From a virus: DNA of 64,000 nucleotides. The position numbers and the translations under genes are program-made. Below are positions 57,557 to 64,000 of the stretch, in pieces. The stretch lies in the IMG/VR virus record IMGVR_UViG_3300045988_117466, positions 68,519 through 132,518 of that record; one strand, written 5' to 3'. Each line of letters opens with the position of its first letter. The stretch's first letter is position 1. The notes below the pieces were generated by a model. That model was given only the letters and a program-made list of their open reading frames with translations. It had not been told where the DNA came from and made no database searches.

Positions 57557-57606
57557 AGAGTCATACAAAACAGAGAATATACAAATAAAAGTGAGGCGAT
57601 AAATAA

Positions 57607-58716
57607 ATGTTAAAAGCCTATAAATATAGATTATATCCAAACAGACAACAAATAAAACAAATTCAAAAAACTTTTGGGTGTTGTAGATTTGTATATAATC
57701 AAACTCTCGCATATAGGAAAGCAATGTATGAAACGAAAAAAGAATCTATGAATAAAACTTCTTGTAACAACTATGTTAATCAAGTTCTAAAAAAAAAATA
57801 CGAATGGTTAAAGGAAGTGGATAAATTTGCTCTTACGAATGCAATTTATGATATGGATTTCGCATATCAGAAATTTTTCAAAGAGCATACAGGTTTTCCA
57901 AAGTTCAAATCTAAACGAGATAATAAAAAGTCATATTCTACTAATTTTACAAACAACAATATCGGAGTATCGTTTGAGAATAATAGGATTAAACTTCCGA
58001 AACTTAAATGGATTAAAGCAAAGATTCATAGAGAATTTATAGGGAAGATAAAATCCGCAACAATTTCACAAGTACCGTCTGGCAAATATTTTGTATCAAT
58101 TCTTGTAGAAACAGAGCATATTCCAATGGAGTCTACCGGTTGTATGATTGGTATTGACTTAGGTGTTAAAGATTTACTTATCACTTCCGATGGAGCAAAA
58201 TTTGATAATATTCGCACCACTAAAAAATATGAAGATAAACTAGCAAAAGAACAAAGAAAATTGTCTCATAAAGTAAAAGGTAGTATGAATTGGAATAAAC
58301 AGAGAATAAAAGTAGCAAGAATACATGAAAAGATTCACAATACCAGAATTGATAACTTACATAAAATTTCTCATAAACTTGTCAGCGAAAACCAAGTGAT
58401 AGTTTCTGAGGACTTATCTGTAAGTAATATGGTGAAGAATCGTAATCTTGCGAAGGCGATTTTAGATTGTGGATGGTATGAATTAACAAGACAGATAAGT
58501 TATAAGTCTGATTGGAATAATCGTCAGTATATCAAGATTGGAAGATTTACAAAATCAAGCCAACCTTGTAATATATGTGGTTACATTAATAAAAACACAA
58601 AAGATTTATCTGTTAGAGAATGGATATGTCCTCAATGTGGAACTATCCATGATAGAGATATCAATGCTGCAATTAATATTCTTAATGAAGGATTGAGATT
58701 ATTAGATGTAGTATAA
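57607..58716 (+). CDS. tnpB: TnpB (IS200/IS605-family OrfB, RuvC-type RNA-guided nuclease)
   Basis: N-terminal YKYRLYPN..Q...I...FG.CRFVYN. RuvC residues intact (IGIDLG, VSEDL, DRDINAAINI). Zinc finger CNICG...CPQCG. No tnpA anywhere in the window. Confidence 0.9.
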   Translation: MLKAYKYRLYPNRQQIKQIQKTFGCCRFVYNQTLAYRKAMYETKKESMNKTSCNNYVNQVLKKKYEWLKEVDKFALTNAIYDMDFAYQKFFKEHTGFPKFKSKRDNKKSYSTNFTNNNIGVSFENNRIKLPKLKWIKAKIHREFIGKIKSATISQVPSGKYFVSILVETEHIPMESTGCMIGIDLGVKDLLITSDGAKFDNIRTTKKYEDKLAKEQRKLSHKVKGSMNWNKQRIKVARIHEKIHNTRIDNLHKISHKLVSENQVIVSEDLSVSNMVKNRNLAKAILDCGWYELTRQISYKSDWNNRQYIKIGRFTKSSQPCNICGYINKNTKDLSVREWICPQCGTIHDRDINAAINILNEGLRLLDVV

Positions 58717-58830
58717 ATAATACTTAGTACGACAGGGACTGTCGGAATTTACGCTTGTGGAGTTAGTAGGTTACGAGGACGATGAAACAAGAAGCCCAAC
58801 GAGCTTTAGCTCGTGGGTAGTTCAAGAAAG
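58717..58830 (+). ncRNA. putative TnpB guide-RNA (omega/reRNA) scaffold and element right end
   Basis: Directly 3' of tnpB. Hairpins CGACAG-GGA-CTGTCG (58730-58744) and CCCAACGAGC-TTTA-GCTCGTGGG (58795-58817). Extent is not determinable by eye. Confidence 0.45.
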
Positions 58831-58865
58831 TTACAGGATAAGACAAAGAAGAGAGGATGAAGACG

Positions 58866-59009
58866 ATGAATAGATTTGAAACAGTAATGAAGTTAATTTG
58901 TTGGATTGCAGCAGTGACATTGGCATGGATGCACGTTTCAATTGTTGCAGTGATTGCACTTGCATTGGTTGGAACTTTTGGAAGTGAGGTTGATTTGGGT
59001 GCAAAGTAG
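58866..59009 (+). CDS. small membrane protein, 47 aa (below the ORF-track cutoff)
   Basis: ATG at 58866 after AGAGAGGATGAAG. MNRFETVMKLICWIAAVTLAWMHVSIVAVIALALVGTFGSEVDLGAK, with two hydrophobic segments. Confidence 0.4.
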   Translation: MNRFETVMKLICWIAAVTLAWMHVSIVAVIALALVGTFGSEVDLGAK

Positions 59010-59349
59010 ACAATTAGGAAGGCAAGTATGTTTTAAAGATTGTCATGTTGGAGATGTTTTTGGAATAGATAAAGACAGTCCTTATATGCGTAGAAGTAGA
59101 AGCAGATTGGTTGTAGATAATTTATACGATCTTGAACCATCAGACATATTAAAAGCAAAAGTTATATCTGTAGAGGAAGAAGATTCTACCATTTGCATAG
59201 ATGTTTATGTAAATAATGAAGAGTATCCAAGGGTTTCAGGCTGGCTTTACTCCTGGATATACAATTCAGAAACACCACTGCATGGTTCAGATTTGTGGAT
59301 TGAGAATAATCTCAGATTCTTGTCAAAGAGAAAGAATAACTACTGGTAA
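58999..59349 (+). CDS. KNNYY-tail family, class b, ends KRKNNYW
   Basis: Probable GTG at 58999 after GAAGTGAGG. CFKDCHVGDVFGIDKDSPY. Confidence 0.5.
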   Translation: MQSRQLGRQVCFKDCHVGDVFGIDKDSPYMRRSRSRLVVDNLYDLEPSDILKAKVISVEEEDSTICIDVYVNNEEYPRVSGWLYSWIYNSETPLHGSDLWIENNLRFLSKRKNNYW

Positions 59350-59363
59350 AGAGAGGTGTGAGA

Positions 59364-59570
59364 ATGGAGTTAAAAGTTGGGATGAAACTCTACGACAAAA
59401 AACACAATATTGTATTAGTAATTGTGGATTTAGACATAGACAAAATATGTGTTTATAGTAAATCTTTTACCGGCAATAGAAAGTTATCTTTAAGTGTGAA
59501 TTTTATACAACATAGTTTAAAAGATGGACGGTTCCGTATTATAAGAAACAGGAAAAATAATTTTTGGTAA
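59364..59570 (+). CDS. KNNYY-tail family, class c, ends NRKNNFW
   Basis: ATG at 59364 after AGAGAGGTGTG. MELKVGMKLYD... Confidence 0.55.
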   Translation: MELKVGMKLYDKKHNIVLVIVDLDIDKICVYSKSFTGNRKLSLSVNFIQHSLKDGRFRIIRNRKNNFW

Positions 59571-59586
59571 GGGAAGGGGTAAGTAA

Positions 59587-60174
59587 ATGTTAATAATTCC
59601 TAAAGTAGGGCAAAGGTTTGTTCATGGTTTTAAGGCCTACCTCGTTACAGAAGTTAGGTTAGTAAAAAGAACAAGTCCGTTTAAAGAAAATTCGTTTGAA
59701 ATAGCTAACAAATATAATGAATTTAGATCAAGAGTCTATTGCATGGACAAGCAAACCAAACAAATTACATGTATTACATTACATGGATATTCAAGTTTGG
59801 TACAAAATGGATATATTGTATTAACCAAAAGTAGACAAGAAGATGAGCAAATGTTAATAGAAGCAGGTGTAGATATGAAAAGAAAAGTATATTTCAAAGA
59901 CTGTCATGTAAACGATGTTTTTAGGATGGATGTAAATTGTCCATGGATATCTGAAATTCATGAATCTTATATAGTAGATAGCTTAAATCCCTTGGATAGA
60001 CTAAGAGCGAAAGTTGTGTATATAGATGAAAACGATCATAGCATTCTTATACAAATTTACATAAACGAAGAGAAGAGTTCTAGTATTAGTGGTTGGGTTT
60101 ATGAAGAACTTGGTGATTTATCTATTGAAGATAATCTTGAATTCATACCTAAAAAGAAAAATAACTACTGGTAA
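59587..60174 (+). CDS. KNNYY-tail family, class c plus class b fusion, ends KKKNNYW
   Basis: The N-terminal half (IPKVGQRFVHG...) resembles class c. The second half begins MKRKVYFKDCHVNDVFRMDVNCPW, a full class b unit. Confidence 0.6.
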   Translation: MLIIPKVGQRFVHGFKAYLVTEVRLVKRTSPFKENSFEIANKYNEFRSRVYCMDKQTKQITCITLHGYSSLVQNGYIVLTKSRQEDEQMLIEAGVDMKRKVYFKDCHVNDVFRMDVNCPWISEIHESYIVDSLNPLDRLRAKVVYIDENDHSILIQIYINEEKSSSISGWVYEELGDLSIEDNLEFIPKKKNNYW

Positions 60175-60188
60175 AGAGAGGCAAGCAA

Positions 60189-60506
60189 ATGGAAGAGAAA
60201 AGAGAAGTATGCTTCGATGATTGCGAAGTTGGCATGTTTTTTAGGATTGATAAAGACTGTTCATGGATGTGTTGCAATGAGTGGATGGATGGTTTTGATA
60301 CATTGAGAAATGCAGATGAGTTAAAAGTTAAAATTATTGATAAAGACGCTGATGATACCAGTGTTAGGATAGAATTTTGGGCAGATGGTCAAAAGACAGA
60401 TATAACAGATTGGCTCTATCAATATGAATGTGAAGACGATCCAGAAGACAGAATTGGAAATAACCTTGAGTTCCTACGAAAAAGGAAAAATAACTACTAT
60501 TGGTGA
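60189..60506 (+). CDS. KNNYY-tail family, class b, ends KRKNNYYW
   Basis: CFDDCEVGMFFRIDKDCSW. SD AGAGAGGCAAGC. Confidence 0.6.
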   Translation: MEEKREVCFDDCEVGMFFRIDKDCSWMCCNEWMDGFDTLRNADELKVKIIDKDADDTSVRIEFWADGQKTDITDWLYQYECEDDPEDRIGNNLEFLRKRKNNYYW

Positions 60507-60515
60507 GGTAAGCAA

Positions 60516-60776
60516 ATGGAAAATGAATTAAGAATTGGAATGCAGTTCTTAGAATTAAAAACGGGAACTGTCTGGAAGCTTGTAGATATGAAATTTATAC
60601 AAGAAGGGTTTTATATAACAGACATATCATTGTGGTTTCAAGCTGTACATGTAAATACAGACGAGGACAATGTATGGAAAAGTACATCGTCAATGATGCC
60701 TAAGGCGATGCTCGAAAGAAGATTGAAAAAAGGCGTATGGAAACAAATAAACAATAGAAAAAACAATTACTATTGA
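60516..60776 (+). CDS. KNNYY-tail family, class c, ends NRKNNYY
   Basis: MENELRIGMQFLELKTG... Confidence 0.6.
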   Translation: MENELRIGMQFLELKTGTVWKLVDMKFIQEGFYITDISLWFQAVHVNTDEDNVWKSTSSMMPKAMLERRLKKGVWKQINNRKNNYY

Positions 60777-60798
60777 TTAATAGTAGAAAGGACATATT

Positions 60799-61932
60799 AT
60801 GGAGGATTTAAGATTAGTAACAACAGAAGAATTTAATGGAGTTGATTGCAACTTTTACAAGGCAGATAGTAACATGTGGATGACTAGAGGACAGATCGGT
60901 AAAGCTTTAGGGTATCACAACCCAAGGATTGCAATCGGGAAAATACATACTGTACATAGAGATAGACTTGATCCACTTTCAGTTGATACCAATTTAGTGT
61001 CTACTGATGGAAAAGAATATTCTACCTATATATATAATGAAAGAGGCATCTTTGAAATCTGTAGATGGTCGAGACAGCCAAAAGCAAATGAATTTATGGA
61101 TTGGGTATGGGACATTATAGAAGCTTACAGACATGGAGAATTCCAGAGAAAGCCTAGGGAAACAGCCATTACACCTGTTGAAAAATTCTTAGATGGAATG
61201 CAGAATATGTTCTTAGAAATGAGAGAAGAGAACAGAGTATTCAAAGATACTGTGTTGCAAATTTTAGAATCTCAGCAAGGACAGGTAGTACAAAAACCTG
61301 TTGAAAAAGTTGAAGTTCAAGAGAAAACTGTTAATCAATTAAAATCAAAACCAGTTGTTAAGCCAGTTGTTAAGATTGAAAATCCTAGATTAGATACTTG
61401 GAAGTTCGAAATTAATACTAAAGCAGCCTATATTGTTTTTAATGGAAATGAATATAAAACAAAAGGGAAAGTATTCTCAGCATGTTATTCAAAGATGAAG
61501 AACGTGTATGGAGTTTGTTGGCCACAGGAAAATAAAGAATACAGAAGAGCTTTTGGATTAGAATCTCAGAGAGGCAGACTAAGCACTTTAGATGTTGTAT
61601 TCAATGACGAAAACTTGAAAGACCTGTTTGACAGTATTCTTGATGGAATATATGAAAACACAAAAAGAAAAGTTATAAAGAAAAATACAGAAATCAATCC
61701 AGAAAAAGATTGGCAGTATTATAAAGAAAAGATTCAAAAACTTTGTGAGCAGACAGGCAACAAAAGTGTAGGCGGAAGCTCTATTTACTCAGGAATCATT
61801 AGAATGATGAATGTAGACTGGAGCAAGTATGAAACAAACAAAAAGAAAACTGAATTAGTTAGAAAGTATCCAGAGTTATTTGTAGAGTTCTCTAAGACAG
61901 CGGATAAATATTTAGAGGAGAAGTTAAAATGA
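60799..61932 (+). CDS. Bro-N domain protein, 377 aa
   Basis: N-terminal ...FNGVDCNFYK...MWMTRGQIGKALGY...ERGIFEICRWSRQPKANEFMDWVWDIIEAYRHGE fits the Bro-N pattern. C-terminal half unknown. Confidence 0.65.
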   Translation: MEDLRLVTTEEFNGVDCNFYKADSNMWMTRGQIGKALGYHNPRIAIGKIHTVHRDRLDPLSVDTNLVSTDGKEYSTYIYNERGIFEICRWSRQPKANEFMDWVWDIIEAYRHGEFQRKPRETAITPVEKFLDGMQNMFLEMREENRVFKDTVLQILESQQGQVVQKPVEKVEVQEKTVNQLKSKPVVKPVVKIENPRLDTWKFEINTKAAYIVFNGNEYKTKGKVFSACYSKMKNVYGVCWPQENKEYRRAFGLESQRGRLSTLDVVFNDENLKDLFDSILDGIYENTKRKVIKKNTEINPEKDWQYYKEKIQKLCEQTGNKSVGGSSIYSGIIRMMNVDWSKYETNKKKTELVRKYPELFVEFSKTADKYLEEKLK

Positions 61933-62048
61933 GTATTAAAATTTTAGGGCTTCGTCAAGATTGCTACAAAGTAATCATTGATGGAGTCCTTTTTAAATTC
62001 CCAACAGAACAAGAGTTTTTGGAATTCCTAGAGGAGATTGAGATATGA
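61929..62048 (+). CDS. mini-ORF, 39 aa
   Basis: ATGA overlaps at both ends (61929 and 62045), indicating translational coupling. MSIKILGLRQDCYKVIIDGVLFKFPTEQEFLEFLEEIEI. Confidence 0.4.
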   Translation: MSIKILGLRQDCYKVIIDGVLFKFPTEQEFLEFLEEIEI

Positions 62049-62323
62049 GTTTTAGATTTGAAGTAGGTCAAGAGTTGGAATTACACAATAACTTGACGGA
62101 TATGAAAGTTTACATGAGATCGGGAACGGTTGTTCGTATCTTAAGTAGAAAAACAAGAATGGATCATACACAAGAGGTTGAGAGAAATCGTTACAAGATT
62201 GCATATGAATTTCATACAAACTTTTTGAAAATTGGAGATGGTTGTTGCCACTCTGGAAAAGACTTTGTCTGGGAAGAAGATTTAATTAGAGCTGTCGGTC
62301 AACGGAAAAATAATTATTATTGA
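62045..62323 (+). CDS. KNNYY-tail family, class c-like, ends QRKNNYY
   Basis: MSFRFEVGQELELHN... Confidence 0.55.
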   Translation: MSFRFEVGQELELHNNLTDMKVYMRSGTVVRILSRKTRMDHTQEVERNRYKIAYEFHTNFLKIGDGCCHSGKDFVWEEDLIRAVGQRKNNYY

Positions 62324-62335
62324 GAGGTGATTAAA

Positions 62336-62605
62336 ATGTGGAAAGTTGGAGATAGAGTCGTAATTATTCAAGATACTAGGAGACCTTTAAAATCCTTTGT
62401 AGGCTTTAAAGGAACTGTTAACTTTGTAGATGGAGATGACATAAATGTTGTTTTTGACAAATATGTAAACGGTCATGAGTTAGGAGGGAGTTGCCAAGAC
62501 GGTCATGGATGGTATTTGTCCACAAGGGGAGAGAACGAAAACGAAGCCGAATCAAATGGAATGAGAGTCAAGAAAATTAGCAATAGAAAAAATAATTATT
62601 GGTAG
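62336..62605 (+). CDS. KNNYY-tail family, class a, ends NRKNNYW
   Basis: ATG at 62336 after TGAGAGGTGATTAAA. MWKVGDRVVII...GFKGTV...VVFD...GHGWY. Confidence 0.6.
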   Translation: MWKVGDRVVIIQDTRRPLKSFVGFKGTVNFVDGDDINVVFDKYVNGHELGGSCQDGHGWYLSTRGENENEAESNGMRVKKISNRKNNYW

Positions 62606-62614
62606 GTGATTAAA

Positions 62615-62887
62615 ATGTGGAAGATTGGAACTAGAGTTAGGATTATAAAATCAAATAGATCTACAACACCAGTTGGCATTACGGGTACTGTGGTTTACAT
62701 TCGTAAGGATAAAAACGATCGTTTTATAGTAGAGTTTGACGAACCTATGGATGGGAATATTATGACTACTCTTTATGATTGCAAACCGAACTGTTGGTGG
62801 TGGTTTGATAATGTTCCAGGGAGAATTGTTAAAACAGATGGTATAACGATTGAAAAAATAGGGAAAAGAAAAAACAATTATTACTAA
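62615..62887 (+). CDS. KNNYY-tail family, class a, ends KRKNNYY
   Basis: ATG at 62615 after TAGGTGATTAAA. MWKIGTRVRII...GITGTVVY...VEFDEPMDG...NCWWW. Confidence 0.6.
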   Translation: MWKIGTRVRIIKSNRSTTPVGITGTVVYIRKDKNDRFIVEFDEPMDGNIMTTLYDCKPNCWWWFDNVPGRIVKTDGITIEKIGKRKNNYY

Positions 62888-62899
62888 GGTGGTGAGAAC

Positions 62900-63247
62900 A
62901 TGTGGAAGATTGGAGATAGAGTTGTAGTTACAGACTTGGGTAAAGCTTCACAAGATGATTTTGGGGTTGAAATAAAGATTGGATACAAGGGAACTATTAT
63001 CAACTTTTTAAAGGTTGATGTTCCATGGAATCCTGATGAGATAATTAAATTCTTAGTAGAGTTTGACGAACCCATGGATGGACATGATGGAAATGATTTC
63101 GGTAAAATAAGTGGGAAACCGGGACACTGTTGGTGGATGCGTGGAAACCAAGATAGTAATTTAATCAAATGGCGAGATAACCGGGATTGTGAAGCACCAT
63201 TAATATGTAAGAAAATTATGAAGAAAAGGAAAAACAATTTTTACTAA
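62900..63247 (+). CDS. KNNYY-tail family, class a, ends KRKNNFY
   Basis: MWKIGDRVVV...GYKGTII...VEFDEPMDGHDG...GHCWW. Confidence 0.6.
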   Translation: MWKIGDRVVVTDLGKASQDDFGVEIKIGYKGTIINFLKVDVPWNPDEIIKFLVEFDEPMDGHDGNDFGKISGKPGHCWWMRGNQDSNLIKWRDNRDCEAPLICKKIMKKRKNNFY

Positions 63248-63274
63248 AAGCACAGGTTCTACTTGTGCTTTTTA
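63248..63274 (+). terminator. intrinsic terminator closing the tail-family array
   Basis: AAGCACA-GGTTCTACT-TGTGCTT followed by TTT. Confidence 0.6.
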
Positions 63275-63434
63275 CATTGTATAGGATGACCAAATATTGG
63301 TCGTCTTATAGAGTGTAAAAGCTCTAAATTACATATCTAAAATACATAACACTGCAAATTAATGGCTAGGGCAGGATCGTGTGTAAAAGATACATAGCTA
63401 CAATAATATTTTATAAAAGAAAAGGAGAAACAAA

Positions 63435-63800
63435 ATGAAAGTAGTAATCGCAGAAAACAGATTAGAGGTAGTAACAGGAATCAAAAAGGCAGACTTCGAC
63501 AAACAGGTAACAGACATGACTGTTAGAGACGACAAAGGAAATGTGACATTCAAGTTAAAAGTTGGAGAACAGCCTAACATTTCAGTACTAGGATTAACTT
63601 GCAACACAACTGTTGACAAAGAGTTAGCGGTAACAATGATTCTTCCAATGGAAACAGATGTTGAAGAAATCAAAATCAAGTATGGTAAGGCTTTAGTAGC
63701 AGCTGAAAAGAATCTGAAAGTAATTGCCGACAGAATTGTAGCAGATACAGAAGCAATTGATGGAATCTTTGCAGACACAGAAGAAGCAACAGAAGCCTAG
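63435..63800 (+). CDS. hypothetical acidic protein, 121 aa
   Basis: ATG after AAAAGGAGAAAC. Followed by the terminator at 63857-63884. Confidence 0.55.
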   Translation: MKVVIAENRLEVVTGIKKADFDKQVTDMTVRDDKGNVTFKLKVGEQPNISVLGLTCNTTVDKELAVTMILPMETDVEEIKIKYGKALVAAEKNLKVIADRIVADTEAIDGIFADTEEATEA

Positions 63801-63856
63801 GAACAGCCTTGAGTAAAGGTAAAACAATATAATCTAATATTAATTCATTCACTTAT

Positions 63857-63884
63857 AGGACGTCTCCCAAGGGCGTCCTTTTTA
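63857..63884 (+). terminator. intrinsic terminator
   Basis: AGGACG-TCTCCCAAGGG-CGTCCT followed by TTTTT. Confidence 0.65.
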
Positions 63885-63928
63885 GTTACACATTTACATA
63901 TTCAGGAGATTAAAAGGAGAACAAAATT

Positions 63929-64000
63929 ATGATGATCAATGTAACATTAGCAACAACAGCAGGTAAAAGTTATGTAACAGCAGAAGGAAATCAGACTCCA
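63929..64000 (+). CDS. hypothetical protein, 5' fragment (runs off the window)
   Basis: ATG at 63929 after AAAAGGAGAAC. MMINVTLATTAGKSYVTAEGNQT... Confidence 0.4.
   Translation, partial: MMINVTLATTAGKSYVTAEGNQTP

Noticed and set aside
55314-63247. Periodic short repeat (AARAAYAAYTAYTAY plus stop plus GAGGTG) every ~300 nt, considered as a CRISPR-like or satellite array
   Set aside because: The repeats are the 3' coding ends and ribosome-binding sites of consecutive ORFs. Spacing follows gene length, the intervening sequence is coding, and the repeats vary at synonymous positions.
62884-63778. Minus-strand ORFs 62884-63237 (117 aa) and 63398-63778 (126 aa)
   Set aside because: They are exactly antisense to the better-supported plus-strand genes 62900-63247 and 63435-63800, which have SDs, terminators and family membership.

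Overview
AT-rich tailed-phage genome segment (siphovirus-like gene order, Firmicute-style AGGAGG ribosome-binding sites). All calls come from reading the sequence and ORF translations; no searches or folding were run.

Layout:
- 12-49067, minus strand: Tal-like tail tip protein, Dit-like protein, a giant tape-measure gene, tail/neck/head genes, portal, large terminase, metallophosphatase, HU-like protein, seven tRNAs, a secreted 3D-domain protein, and a single-subunit RNA polymerase whose motifs match the YonO / cellular-RdRP two-barrel class.
- 49068-50574: 1.5-kb non-coding switch region with direct repeats and a G-rich, C-poor patch.
- 50575-64000, plus strand: about 35 small early-type genes, a solo TnpB (IS605-family RNA-guided nuclease) with a putative guide-RNA scaffold, and a Bro-N protein.

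Main observations:
1. Five group I introns, each with recognisable P/Q/R/S core elements, a U before the 5' splice site and a G as the last intron base where junctions could be resolved. Two split the tape-measure gene, one splits terL (GIY-YIG endonuclease), one splits a head/neck gene (LAGLIDADG endonuclease with an in-frame TAA), and one ORF-less intron splits the RNA polymerase exactly inside its catalytic DFD|GD motif.
2. The two tape-measure introns carry non-endonuclease cargo: Bro-N/KilAC plus Rha in one, a lipoprotein plus a secreted protein in the other. Splicing predicts one 3,840-aa tape measure.
3. Thirteen small early genes have at least three different N-terminal domain types but one invariant C-terminal tail, (R/K)(R/K)KNN(Y/F)(Y/W)-stop. 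I cannot match this tail to any family I know.
4. An ~80-nt structured element with compensatory base changes occurs three times, each directly upstream of a ribosome-binding site.
5. There are also tRNA-like minihelices, anti-SD intergenic elements, and an orphan plus-strand promoter-terminator unit inside the tail operon.
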